From assembly GCA_964412105.1 (NCBI GenBank), contig CAYPNM010000006.1, positions 28,233 through 92,232 of the forward strand: DNA of 64,000 bases, given 5' to 3'. The notes beneath the pieces were generated by a model. It had not been told where the DNA came from, did no database searches, and saw only the letters and a list, made by a program, of their open reading frames with translations. This stretch comes from an uncultured Ignavibacteriaceae bacterium (GTDB lineage Bacteria; Bacteroidota; Ignavibacteria; Ignavibacteriales; Ignavibacteriaceae). Each line of letters begins with the position of its first letter. The first letter of the stretch is position 1. Of the stretch, positions 1-9,651 are shown in pieces. The position numbers and the translations under genes are program-made.

Positions 1-93
1 CACGGAGAATCTGATCCTATCTCATCCAACAATACTGAAGCAGGGAGAGCGCGAAACAGGAGAGTTGAAATTAAAATTATTTCAACAGAATAG
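1..93 (+). CDS. 3' end of an OmpA-family (OmpA_C peptidoglycan-binding domain) protein, truncated by the window edge
   Basis: Frame 1 reads HGESDPISSNNTEAGRARNRRVEIKIISTE-stop. The GRxxNRRVEI ending is the typical OmpA C-terminal tail. Confidence 0.8.
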   Translation, partial: HGESDPISSNNTEAGRARNRRVEIKIISTE

Positions 94-132
94 CCTTAGC
101 TTCCTGTTTTAAAGTATTATTAGTATTTATAA

Positions 133-172
133 ATCCCGTTATGGAATAGGCCATAGCGGGATTTTTATTTTT
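133..172 (+). terminator. Rho-independent terminator after the OmpA-like gene
   Basis: 12-bp stem ATCCCGTTATGG / CCATAGCGGGAT (one G-U pair), 6-nt loop, followed by TTTTATTTTT. Confidence 0.8.
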
Positions 173-406
173 ATTGATCATTTTTTCTAAAAAATGTCCG
201 CTTATCAAATAGTTATTCCGGTTTGATATTAACTCTGCTTTAATTCATCAAAATCCCGCTGCTGTTGATTAATTTACAACCATTTAAATAAATTATTGTT
301 TGGTATTTGTCAAAAAGGATTATATTTACTACGCCTAAACCAACCAGTTCCTGTATTGTCATATTAAAAATTCAATAAACATTAATTATATAATGGAGTT
401 ATATAT

Positions 407-1075
407 ATGTCTGATCAAACAACTCTCAATATTGGTAGTGATTTAAACTTGATACACCTGATAATTACAAGGGGACTGGCGGTATCTATTGATTTTTCTG
501 ACCAGTATTTGAGGAAAGGCTTTCCTGATTCATCCACAAAGGATGGTTTTATTAATTATGTAAACAGCCTAGTTACTGTACTGGACGCACATCATCGACT
601 GGAGGATGAACTTGCTTTTCCCGGTTTGAAAGAAAAAATCCCGAACGCACCATATGATTTGCTTGAAAAGCAGCACGAGGAAATTGTGAACATTTTGTTG
701 GAAATTAAGAAAATAATTAATCAAAAGGACATTGCCTTAGAGGAATCATTAAATAACGTGAAATCCCTGTTAATTAGTCTAAACGAATTATGGCATCCTC
801 ATATAAAAATTGAAGAGGAGCATTTTTCTGACAAAAATGTTGCACGTCTTATTAATTTTGAAGAACAATTGAAGCTAAGTCAAAAATTTGCTGAATTCGC
901 AAAAGATAATACTAAACCAGAGTATTATGTTATACCATTTATGATTTTTAATACAGCTAAACCGAACCGCGAATTTTTCTACAGACATATGCCACCTGTT
1001 GTTACTCAGCAACTTGTACCAGGAGAATGGAAAGAAAAATGGATTTCTATGAAACCGTTTTTGCTGGAGGAATAG
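407..1075 (+). CDS. hemerythrin-like (HHE cation-binding) domain protein
   Basis: 222-aa ORF with GGAG about 7 nt upstream. Paired His/Glu motifs HHRLEDE, QHEEI and WHPHIKIEEEHF. Confidence 0.6.
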   Translation: MSDQTTLNIGSDLNLIHLIITRGLAVSIDFSDQYLRKGFPDSSTKDGFINYVNSLVTVLDAHHRLEDELAFPGLKEKIPNAPYDLLEKQHEEIVNILLEIKKIINQKDIALEESLNNVKSLLISLNELWHPHIKIEEEHFSDKNVARLINFEEQLKLSQKFAEFAKDNTKPEYYVIPFMIFNTAKPNREFFYRHMPPVVTQQLVPGEWKEKWISMKPFLLEE

Positions 1076-1204
1076 AAAGAAGTAATTACTTTTAAAAGCT
1101 CATTCATTGGAGCGACCGATTTGTCAGTGTTTTCCGGTGAAAATTATTGCTATCTTGGAACACTGCGAAAACACTGATAATATTTTTTCAGTTATGGGGA
1201 GCTA

Positions 1205-1891
1205 ATGATGTGTCGGGGAAAAATTAAGGGTAAATGCTTATTCTTGTCAATAATTATACTCTTTGCTTTAAATACCGCGCAGGCACAAAAACTTATAGCA
1301 ATTGAATTTTATTCCGGCTTACCATATAATGTTCCTTTACCAATGACTATTTCACAAGTTGGTGAACAGGATATAAGCTTAACGGCTCATTACAGATCAG
1401 ATCCATTTGAAATTCCTATATACTGGAATTGGAGAATAAGCTATTGGGATGATAACCATGCTTTTGAGATTGAAGCAACTCATCACAAAATCTTTCTTAA
1501 GAATACTACTCCTGAGATACAGGAATTCTCAATTTCTCACGGTTTTAACACAATAACTTTTAATTATGCCTGGAAGGACTATGGCTTTGTATTTCGTGCA
1601 GGATTTGGACTTGTGCTTGCACATCCCGAAAGCATTATAAGAGGCAAAAAATACGATGAGTCAGGCGGCATATTTGATGCTGCTTATCAGCTAACAGGTC
1701 CGACTATTAATTTGGCAGCAGGTAAAAGATTTAACATAACTCAAAGGTTATTCTTTGAATTGGACACCAAAATTAACTTATCATATGCAAAGGTACCTGT
1801 AGCAGATGGCGAAGCAAAGCTCTACAATATTGCAGTTCAATTTAATTTTGGATTGGGATTTGACCTCTTAGAGTTGCAGCATAATAAATAA
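1205..1891 (+). CDS. secreted, probable outer-membrane beta-barrel protein of unknown function
   Basis: GGGGAG upstream. Signal peptide ending ALNTAQAQ. Alternating-hydrophobic strands and an aromatic-rich C-terminal strand (IAVQFNFGLGF). Confidence 0.45.
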   Translation: MMCRGKIKGKCLFLSIIILFALNTAQAQKLIAIEFYSGLPYNVPLPMTISQVGEQDISLTAHYRSDPFEIPIYWNWRISYWDDNHAFEIEATHHKIFLKNTTPEIQEFSISHGFNTITFNYAWKDYGFVFRAGFGLVLAHPESIIRGKKYDESGGIFDAAYQLTGPTINLAAGKRFNITQRLFFELDTKINLSYAKVPVADGEAKLYNIAVQFNFGLGFDLLELQHNK

Positions 1892-1895
1892 GTTT

Positions 1896-1927
1896 TAGCC
1901 CTGCAGATTATCTTTTCCACAGGGCTA
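1896..1927. terminator. stem-loop between convergent genes (probable bidirectional terminator)
   Basis: Perfect 8-bp stem TAGCCCTG / CAGGGCTA with T-rich flanks, lying between the stops at 1891 (+) and 1943 (-). Confidence 0.55.
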
Positions 1928-1942
1928 GTTATAAAATTATTT

Positions 1943-3982
1943 TTACCAGATATGCGGCCTTTTATCTGGTGGTCTCCACATAGGCTGACCCGGTTTAATA
2001 TTAAAAGTTTTATAGAATGCCGGAATGTCACTAAATGGTCCATTGACTCTTAAAAAGTTCGGAGAATGAACATCTGTTAAAACCTGTTGAGCAAGTGCTT
2101 CAGGTCTTGTGTGACCCAGCCATGAGTAAGCATAACCAATCCAGAATCTTTGAGCGGGCGTGAGTCCGGCTATTTTTTTACCTTCTTTGTATTGTTTTGT
2201 CCTTTTGAAAGCATCCCAGCCAATTAGATCTCCACCGTAATCAGCAAGATTTTCACCAAGGGTTGCCTTACCATTAATGTGCATGCTGTCCAGTACAACA
2301 TAGTTGTTAAATTGTTCGACTAGGAGTTTCGTTTTTTCTTTGAACTTTTCCTCGTCTTCTTTTGTCCACCAGTTTTTAAGATTTCCGTTCGCGTCATATA
2401 GTCTCCCTTCATCATCAAAGCCATGGGTTAATTCGTGAGATATGGTAGATGCGCCGGCATAAGCATAGGCCACGGCGTCATCAACCAGTGAATCAGGAAC
2501 TCCCGGAACTATAAAGGCTGCAGCAGGCAGCACAATTTCATTATTTGATGGATTATAATAAGCATTCCAGGTTTGCGGCGTCATACTCCATTCTTTTTTA
2601 TCAACCGGCTTACCGAGTTTATTAATATCCCGATCAAACCAGAAAATGTTTGCCCTTATAGTATTCCTTAAAAATGAATCCCTTTCAATATCCAGTTTTG
2701 AAAAATCTTTCCATTTATCGGGGTATCCGACTTTTTTAGTAATCGCATATAATTTTTTAAGCGCTTTTTTCTTTGTGGCTTCACTCATCCAGTCGAGATT
2801 TTTAATCCTGTTTGCAAAAGCAGCAATACAGTTGTCCACAATTTTTTCATATCTCTTTTTTGTCTTTTCAGAATAGTATCGTTTGACATAAATTTGTCCA
2901 AGCAATTCGCCCATAGCTCTTTCTGTTGCGTCCTGGATTCTTTTCCATCTTGGTTTTTGTTCTTTTATCCCCGACATAACCGTACTCCAAAAATGGAAAT
3001 GTTCGTTGTCATATTTGCTGCTTAATTTGCTGGCAAATGAGCGAAGAAGATGAGTTCTAAAATATTCTTTCCACTGGTTAAGGCTAAATTTATCCACAGC
3101 AACATTTAATGCTCTAAAAAATTCCGGTTGAGATACAATAATATAATCTTGATCTTTAATTTTCATTTGATTGAATATTAATTTCCAGTCAATTGCAGGT
3201 GTAAGTTTATCAAATTCAGCATAAGTCATTCTGTTATAATTTGCGTAAGGATCTCTCAGGTCCTCAAGCTTTCGTGAGGAATCGGCTAGAAAGTTTTCGA
3301 TTTCATATACATCTTTGCTGCCCTCCATAGCTTCCGCATTGTTTTCACCAAGTGATTCCAGAACATTTGCAAGATGCGTTTTGTATTCTTTTCTTATGTT
3401 TTGTGTCCGGGCGTCATCTCTGAAATAATAATCCCTGTTGGGCAGTCCAAGTCCTCCCTGCCACAGGTAAAGAACTTCTTTTTCACTATTTTTCTGATCC
3501 TGATCAACAAAAATGTTGAACATTAAACCTGTACCTTCCCGCATAAGGTAGGCTGCGGTTTCAAATAAGTCAGTTTTGTTTCGAATAGAATTTATTTTAT
3601 CAAGTTCCGGTTGCAGCAGGGATATTCCTTGTTTTTCAATTTCAACAGAATCCATTCCGGTGAAATAAAAATCCCCAAGTTTTTGCTGGTTACTTCCTTT
3701 TGGTGATTTGGATGAGGCCGCATTCTGAAGAATTCCTTTCAGTCTGTTGTAGTTTTCTTCGTAGATAAGATTAGCAAGCCCCCAGCTTCTTTCAGTAGGA
3801 GGAATAGGGTTTTCTTTCATCCAGGTCCCTGTTGCGTATTTGAAAAAATCAACTCCCGGATTTACAGTTGTATCCATTGCCTGAGTTAAAAAATCACCTT
3901 TCAGTTTTTTTTGAGGGAAAAGAAATGTGCTGAGTAAAAACACAAGCAAAATTAATAGACCAATAGATTTATGATGTTTCAT
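1943..3982 (-). CDS. pepO: M13 family zinc metallopeptidase (PepO / endothelin-converting-enzyme-like), secreted
   Basis: HELTHGFDDEG (HExxH), GENLADYGG, C-terminal ..PHIW, N-terminal signal peptide, 679 aa. Confidence 0.93.
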   Translation of the reverse strand: MKHHKSIGLLILLVFLLSTFLFPQKKLKGDFLTQAMDTTVNPGVDFFKYATGTWMKENPIPPTERSWGLANLIYEENYNRLKGILQNAASSKSPKGSNQQKLGDFYFTGMDSVEIEKQGISLLQPELDKINSIRNKTDLFETAAYLMREGTGLMFNIFVDQDQKNSEKEVLYLWQGGLGLPNRDYYFRDDARTQNIRKEYKTHLANVLESLGENNAEAMEGSKDVYEIENFLADSSRKLEDLRDPYANYNRMTYAEFDKLTPAIDWKLIFNQMKIKDQDYIIVSQPEFFRALNVAVDKFSLNQWKEYFRTHLLRSFASKLSSKYDNEHFHFWSTVMSGIKEQKPRWKRIQDATERAMGELLGQIYVKRYYSEKTKKRYEKIVDNCIAAFANRIKNLDWMSEATKKKALKKLYAITKKVGYPDKWKDFSKLDIERDSFLRNTIRANIFWFDRDINKLGKPVDKKEWSMTPQTWNAYYNPSNNEIVLPAAAFIVPGVPDSLVDDAVAYAYAGASTISHELTHGFDDEGRLYDANGNLKNWWTKEDEEKFKEKTKLLVEQFNNYVVLDSMHINGKATLGENLADYGGDLIGWDAFKRTKQYKEGKKIAGLTPAQRFWIGYAYSWLGHTRPEALAQQVLTDVHSPNFLRVNGPFSDIPAFYKTFNIKPGQPMWRPPDKRPHIW

Positions 3983-4126
3983 ATCTTTCTAGATTAATTT
4001 ATAATAATATTAAGTTATTCAATTATCGAAGAAGCTCTATTAAAAAATAGGTAAAAAAGAATTATAATAAATGCCGTTTATAATAATTCCTTAGTATAAA
4101 CTTCGGTGAAGTTTGATATCTTTTTC

Positions 4127-4798
4127 TCAAAGATCAGGTGTTTTAATGTCCCCTTGCTTTTGCAGCTTTTTAAAAAGCATATATGGATAAATAAAAGCTG
4201 TGTAGAGCACCAGTGGTATAAGTATGACAAAAATGGATATAATTAGTTCCACATTTAAAAGGGTTAAGAGGATTAATAATATACCCCCGACCACAAAAAA
4301 GGCGCCTCCAATTCTATGAGTCTTTTTCCATACAACTTCAGATGCCAGGGTCCAGGGCGACCTTATTCCGAAGAAAAAATTTCTGGGGAGTTTTGGCAGG
4401 TAATTCCCCAAAAGGATAAACAACAAACCAAAGCCATAACCAAAGAGATCGCTCCGGAATGTTCCTTCTTTTGCGGAAATAAATGTGAGAAAGAAAATGA
4501 AAACAATAAATGCTACGGTCAAGTCTCGAAAAAGTAGAAATATGTCATATTTCTTTTCTATCCTTTTCCAGAAGGGGTCTATCATTGGAATGAATGTCAG
4601 GATAAGATAAAGACCAATCGAAGAAGCGATACTTATAAGTATCATGCTATCTTTTGAGGAATAGTTATCCGGCAGACCTTTTGCGTTGAAATGCGAAGGG
4701 ATTATTTGCGGTAGCTTACCGTAAAAGTAACCACAAATGACCAGAAGAATCAAAATCATTGATAAAGGGAAAATATCTCTCTTAAAATTCCATTTCAT
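4127..4798 (-). CDS. SdpI/YhfL-family membrane protein (DUF1648 + SdpI domains)
   Basis: IPSHFNAKGLPDNYSSK (DUF1648-like) and GIRSPWTLASEVVWKKTHR (SdpI-like). Multi-pass membrane protein. Its start lies 4 nt after the upstream ArsR-type gene. Confidence 0.8.
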   Translation of the reverse strand: MKWNFKRDIFPLSMILILLVICGYFYGKLPQIIPSHFNAKGLPDNYSSKDSMILISIASSIGLYLILTFIPMIDPFWKRIEKKYDIFLLFRDLTVAFIVFIFFLTFISAKEGTFRSDLFGYGFGLLFILLGNYLPKLPRNFFFGIRSPWTLASEVVWKKTHRIGGAFFVVGGILLILLTLLNVELIISIFVILIPLVLYTAFIYPYMLFKKLQKQGDIKTPDL

Positions 4799-4802
4799 AA
4801 TT

Positions 4803-5072
4803 TTACCTCTTCTTTTTTATTTGCATTAAATACTCCAGAGCCATATCGAAGACCGTCATATTTAATGAATATCTTATAAACTGACCTTCTCGTTCTCCTT
4901 CAATAAGGTTTGCTCTCTTCAAAATATCCAGATGATGAGAAAGAGTCGGTTGTGTGATCTCCATCTCCTCAAGCAATTCAGATGGAGTTTTTGCTTTATC
5001 CTTTAATTTCTGAAGAATATCTCTCCGTGAAGGATCCGACAATGCCTTAAAAACTTCTGTAAATTGTTGCAT
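4803..5072 (-). CDS. ArsR/SmtB-family transcriptional regulator (SdpR-like autorepressor)
   Basis: FKALSDPSRRDILQKL...TQPTLSHHLDILKRANLI winged-helix motif. I prefer the ATG at 5072 (MQQFTEV..) over the track start at 5096, because codons 1-8 of the longer form lie inside a 36-bp palindrome. Confidence 0.8.
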   Translation of the reverse strand: MQQFTEVFKALSDPSRRDILQKLKDKAKTPSELLEEMEITQPTLSHHLDILKRANLIEGEREGQFIRYSLNMTVFDMALEYLMQIKKKR

Positions 5073-5106
5073 ATTTATATATGTATAATTGTACATATAT
5101 AAATAT
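5071..5106. promoter_or_regulatory. candidate operator: 15-bp perfect inverted-repeat arms separated by 6 bp, overlapping the regulator start codon
   Basis: ATATTTATATATGTA-TAATTG-TACATATATAAATAT read directly from the sequence. Confidence 0.5.
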
Positions 5107-5170
5107 AACCTTTTATTAGTGTTTTGTCAATGTGGTTTGGTTGTGAATAATGAATTAAGCGGGAGAGATA

Positions 5171-5269
5171 TCATTTGCAGCAATCTTTTTTCCCAGCATC
5201 TTTGAATTTTTTGTAGCCGAAAAAGCCGATCAAACAAATAAACGCGATTATTATTAATGCCTGAACCAT
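5171..5269 (-). CDS. possible 32-aa membrane peptide with a C-terminal Cys pair (FeoB-associated Cys-rich-like)
   Basis: Hand translation gives MVQALIIIAFICLIGFFGYKKFKDAGKKDCCK: one TM helix, a basic stretch and a CC tail. No Shine-Dalgarno site and no feoB nearby. Confidence 0.3.
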   Translation of the reverse strand: MVQALIIIAFICLIGFFGYKKFKDAGKKDCCK

Positions 5270-5548
5270 ATAATAAGATATAGATCTCAATTTTTAATTA
5301 AAAGGTAATATTATAGTGTGGACGAAGGCCTTAATTGTTAAATTAAATTCAGCAGCCTGCAGAATACAAGCAGGAATATGCTTGATAGACCCAGATCTCT
5401 CCAGCCTGCAATTTACAAATCCTTAACTGTGTACACTTTTCCGTTATTGGAAAAAAGGTACTTATGTTCGGTATGAAATTGAGAAATACCTTAATAACTG
5501 ACTGTTCCAGGCTACCAAGGCTTAGTTAAGACATATTGATATATCTGA

Positions 5549-5592
5549 AGCGTTTTCAGAGCGTTTTCAGAGCGTTTTCAAAGCGTTTTCAG
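5549..5592. repeat. tandem repeat, 4 copies of the 11-bp unit AGCGTTTTCAG (third copy ends in A)
   Basis: Read directly from the sequence. It lies in a 740-bp non-coding gap between the SdpR-like gene and the NmrA-like gene. Confidence 0.9.
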
Positions 5593-5837
5593 AGGCCATT
5601 TGAAGTGTATCTGGAAGAGAATGGAAGCCTTTAAGTGCAAGACAGATCCATATAATTTCTGAACTTTGCTAATTAACATGCGTTTTTCTTCATTTTGAGC
5701 CATGGCCCAGCATAAAGTACTGTAAATGAGACTTCTTCAATATTATTGGCTTTGTTTTGCATCAAAGATTCGGCATATTGCTAAAACCTAAAAGAATATA
5801 AATCCTACATTTAATTATAATTAAGAAGGAGACAATT

Positions 5838-6788
5838 ATGTCTGATAAGAAGATTATTGCTGTTATGGGTGCGACAGGTGCACAGGGCGGGGGAATGGCA
5901 AGAGCAATTTTAAATGATAAAAACGGTGAATTTGCAGTAAGGGCGGTTACAAGAAGTTCTTCCTCAGATAAGGCTAAAGAATTGGTTAAACTTGGTGCGG
6001 ATGTTGTTGAGGCTGATATAGATGATATACAAAGCTTGAAAAAAGTTTTTGCCGGATGTTACGGTGCATACTGTGTTACATTTTACTGGCACCATCTTTC
6101 TCCTGAAAAAGAACTTGCTCATGCCAAGGCAATGGCTGAAGCTGCCAAAGCAAATAACCTGAAGCATGTTATCTGGTCAACATTAGAAGACACGAGAAAG
6201 TGGATTCCGCTTAATGATGACAGGATGCCGACATTGATGGGTAAATACAAAGTTCCCCATTTTGATTCCAAGGGGGAGGCGAATGCATTTTTTAAAAATG
6301 CCGGAGTACCAACCACTTATTTGCATACGGCTTTTTACTGGGATAATTTTATTTACTTTGGATCAGGTCCTAAAAAGGGAGAAGACGGAAAATATGCGCT
6401 TATGTTCCCTTTAGGAGATAAAAAACTTCCAGCAATAGCAGCTGAGGATATCGGAAAATGTGCATATAGTATTTTTCAAAGGGGAACTGAGTTTATAAAT
6501 AAGAATGTCTGGATCACAGGAGAGAACCTAACGGGTTACCAGCTAGCTGAGGCAATGTCTGAAGCTTTAGGCAGGAAAATTGTTTATAAAGACATTCCTC
6601 CGGAAGTGTTTAGGGGATTTGGTTTTCCTGGTGCAGATGACATCGGAAACATGCTTCAGTTCAAAAGGGATTTTGAATCAGATTATTGTGGACCCCGCAG
6701 CAGGGAGTTTTCAAAATCACTAAACCCTGAATTAATGTCATTTAAAGATTGGCTGAAAAAGTATGCAGATAAAATTCCTTTAGAATAA
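5838..6788 (+). CDS. NmrA-family NAD(P)-binding protein
   Basis: AAGGAG 6 nt upstream. N-terminal VMGATGAQGG Rossmann motif. 316 aa, typical of the NmrA/HSCARG family. Confidence 0.85.
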   Translation: MSDKKIIAVMGATGAQGGGMARAILNDKNGEFAVRAVTRSSSSDKAKELVKLGADVVEADIDDIQSLKKVFAGCYGAYCVTFYWHHLSPEKELAHAKAMAEAAKANNLKHVIWSTLEDTRKWIPLNDDRMPTLMGKYKVPHFDSKGEANAFFKNAGVPTTYLHTAFYWDNFIYFGSGPKKGEDGKYALMFPLGDKKLPAIAAEDIGKCAYSIFQRGTEFINKNVWITGENLTGYQLAEAMSEALGRKIVYKDIPPEVFRGFGFPGADDIGNMLQFKRDFESDYCGPRSREFSKSLNPELMSFKDWLKKYADKIPLE

Positions 6789-6799
6789 AAAAATATTGC

Positions 6800-6823
6800 A
6801 GGGGAGGATCTTTATCCTCCCCT
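6800..6823. terminator. bidirectional terminator hairpin between convergent genes
   Basis: Perfect 10-bp stem AGGGGAGGAT / ATCCTCCCCT, 4-nt loop, with A/T runs on both sides. Confidence 0.75.
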
Positions 6824-6840
6824 ACATAATAATAAAATTA

Positions 6841-7347
6841 TTACTTATCAACTTTTACTGAGTCATATTCTGCGGGAGTTACATTGTTCAGCTTTTTTAC
6901 GGCAGCCACAATAGTCCATATTTCATCATCGGAATGAGTTTTACCCCATGCAGGCATACCTGTCATTTTTATTCCGTTTTTGGTAACCCAGAATAAGTGT
7001 GCAGGATTCATTCTATATCCCCATTTATAAAGATTTGGTGGATCCGGATTCAGGCCTTTTGCCAAATCTGTTTCATTCATTCCGGGTGCATGGTGACATT
7101 GGGCACACAGCTCTTTATAACGTGAAATTCCTGCATTAATCATCCCAGGATTTTCCAGATCGGGTACTTTAATATCATCGGATCGTACATCAACTGAACG
7201 ATCGCTAGTTGTTTCAAGCACCCAGTGGATTATCCCTGCATCCGGTTCCATTGCGCTTACATTATATACGCCTGTGAGAATAATTATCAATCCTATTACT
7301 GCTAAACCGACTAAAGTGAATACTATACTCAGAATTATCTTTTTCAT
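6841..7347 (-). CDS. membrane-anchored mono-haem c-type cytochrome
   Basis: N-terminal TM anchor, a single CAQCH haem-binding motif, and a distal Met candidate in KMTGMPAWG. Confidence 0.85.
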   Translation of the reverse strand: MKKIILSIVFTLVGLAVIGLIIILTGVYNVSAMEPDAGIIHWVLETTSDRSVDVRSDDIKVPDLENPGMINAGISRYKELCAQCHHAPGMNETDLAKGLNPDPPNLYKWGYRMNPAHLFWVTKNGIKMTGMPAWGKTHSDDEIWTIVAAVKKLNNVTPAEYDSVKVDK

Positions 7348-7527
7348 ATTAGGCTACCTTTTAGTTTTATAAATAGCTGAGCTTGTTATGATAAAAATTG
7401 ATTAAATAAATCATTTAAAGAATCATAATAATATAATAAATATTACATTTTATTTAATATTAAAGTTCCCTTTTCCAAACGGCTAATAATATTTTAATTG
7501 ATGAATCTATTCTCAAATTATATCTTA

Positions 7528-9594
7528 CTATTTTAGCATTTTATTTTCGCGCTTTCGTCTAAGGACAGATATTATCATACCAATTGTTATAATAATTATC
7601 CCCAGCCATACAAGATTAATATTTGGCTTTATACTTGCATCGATTGTTAAAACCTCTTTTGGTCCGGTTTTATTGTCATCAATATATTCAGTTGGAGATA
7701 TATAAAAATCCTTGCTCAATCCCATTAATATGTCCGGTTCTCTCATAAGGCTGTTATTGTATTTCGAAATGTACATTATTGGTGCTGCATTCCAAGATGA
7801 TTTATTATATCTTATGACGACATTAAAAGCATACTTCTTTCCGTTATCAATCGCGTGGTATCCGGTAAATTCAAATTTGTGATGCAAGGCCTCTACGATT
7901 TTATCCTTTGGAAGTTTTATTTCCTGAGATTTTGAAAAATTGCCGGATATTAAAACACCCAGTAAAAAAAGTGCGAAACCGATATGTGCTATCTGCCCAC
8001 CTGTTAATAATCGATTTATCTTCACGTTTTTAGTAAAGTAACTCATATTAGTAACTACAGTAAATGAAATTCCAAGCGCAAGCAAAATATTTGCGATGGT
8101 ATCAATACCAACAACAAAAGCGATTATAGCAGTGATTGCAGCTGATATTAATAAGTGCAATCCCAATTCTTTTAGCATACTATCGGTATGAGTAGAGCGC
8201 CAGCGAAGAATAAGAGTTATGCTGATCAAGAAGGCCATTAAAATTACCAAAGGTAAATTCATCTCATTATAAAAACTTGTTTCAACCGATCTTCCGAATA
8301 TCGGGGCGGATGTTCCGACAATGATAATTACTGCTGAACCGAGTAATAAAGCAGAGCCATAAATCAGTCCGTTTTCGCGGCTAAAAAATGATTCTTTTAT
8401 TGTGCTTTTATTCTTTAATTTTTTCCACCGGAAAAAGACACCTCCGATTCCTATAGCAGTAAATGTTAATATAAAAGCCAGAAGAAATAGGTAAGTAGTC
8501 TCTCCCGGCGCTTCAAAAGAGTGGACGGATGCGTTTGATAGAATTCCGCTTCTTGTAAGGAAAGTGCTATAGATTACAAATACAAAAGTTAGTATAGATA
8601 ATACAAGGTTTGTCCTTACATATTTTCCTTCATTATCACCGCCCTGTGTATTTCTTTGAATTATTAACGTGTGAATTAAGGCAATTCCAATAATCCAGGG
8701 AACCAAACTTGAATTTTCCACCGGATCCCAGCCCCAGAAACCACCCCAGCCTAAAACGCCATAAGCCCAGTAACCACCAATCATTAACGCTAGGCCAAGT
8801 ACGCTCATTGCCGCTATTGACCACGGCAGTGATTTGTTGGTCCAGTCTTTGTATTCATTCATTGTAATTGCAGACATAGCAAAAGAATAAGGAACTGCGC
8901 ACAACGCAAAACCGACAAATAACAGGGGCGGATGTATCTGCATCCAGAAATTTTGAAGAAGAGGATTTAACCCCTTACCTGCAATCAGGAAATTGTTCAC
9001 AGGTATATTTAAACCGGAGAGTAATGCTTTTAACTGGGGACTAAATTTAACGAATTGTTCACCCCCCTTATTAGTAAAGATGAAATTTTGGATGTCAGGA
9101 ATAGTCAGATAACTGTGATTAAAATATTTTGCCGGCAAATAATTTGTATCTGACCAGAGATAGGAGAATGGATTTTTTAATAGAGGACTTATTAGTATTG
9201 CCAGGAATACAGCGACTAATGTGAAAAAAATCATAAAAGAAGCTTCTTGTCTTGAGTCGCCTGAAAGATATTTTATAAGAAAAATTCCTATTATTACTGT
9301 AAAGAAAAGCCATAACAAAAAACTCCCTTCCTGTCCTGCATAAAAGGTTGAGATCAAAAGACCCAGTGATAAGTCCCCGCTGCTGTATTCAAAAACGTAA
9401 TTGTATTGGTACTGATGAGAAAATATAAGATAAAGCAAAAATGCGCTTGCCAGGAATACCAGCATGCTCATGATTTGAAAACCATTCCTTGCTAAAGCCA
9501 AAGTATTTGAATAGCCCTTGAATGTATAATAATACATTGTTATTGTAAAAAGCCCTGCAAGAATTGCGAGTAAAATTAAAATGTCACCTATCAT
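7528..9594 (-). CDS. ccmF: cytochrome c haem lyase subunit, CcmF/NrfE family
   Basis: 688-aa polytopic protein with the Trp-rich motif WGGFWGWDPVENSSLVPW (the WDPVEN form is CcmF-type, not CcsA-type). Confidence 0.85.
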   Translation of the reverse strand: MIGDILILLAILAGLFTITMYYYTFKGYSNTLALARNGFQIMSMLVFLASAFLLYLIFSHQYQYNYVFEYSSGDLSLGLLISTFYAGQEGSFLLWLFFTVIIGIFLIKYLSGDSRQEASFMIFFTLVAVFLAILISPLLKNPFSYLWSDTNYLPAKYFNHSYLTIPDIQNFIFTNKGGEQFVKFSPQLKALLSGLNIPVNNFLIAGKGLNPLLQNFWMQIHPPLLFVGFALCAVPYSFAMSAITMNEYKDWTNKSLPWSIAAMSVLGLALMIGGYWAYGVLGWGGFWGWDPVENSSLVPWIIGIALIHTLIIQRNTQGGDNEGKYVRTNLVLSILTFVFVIYSTFLTRSGILSNASVHSFEAPGETTYLFLLAFILTFTAIGIGGVFFRWKKLKNKSTIKESFFSRENGLIYGSALLLGSAVIIIVGTSAPIFGRSVETSFYNEMNLPLVILMAFLISITLILRWRSTHTDSMLKELGLHLLISAAITAIIAFVVGIDTIANILLALGISFTVVTNMSYFTKNVKINRLLTGGQIAHIGFALFLLGVLISGNFSKSQEIKLPKDKIVEALHHKFEFTGYHAIDNGKKYAFNVVIRYNKSSWNAAPIMYISKYNNSLMREPDILMGLSKDFYISPTEYIDDNKTGPKEVLTIDASIKPNINLVWLGIIIITIGMIISVLRRKRENKMLK

Positions 9595-9651
9595 TTTATT
9601 TCCTGTAAATGAATGTTATAGTAATTCCTTGAGACTTAAGCATTTAATTAT

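Noticed and set aside
5549-5592. The tandem repeat as a CRISPR array or minisatellite coding repeat.
   Set aside because: The units are 11 bp with no spacers and no cas genes. The period is not divisible by three, and stop codons occur in the frames I translated across it.
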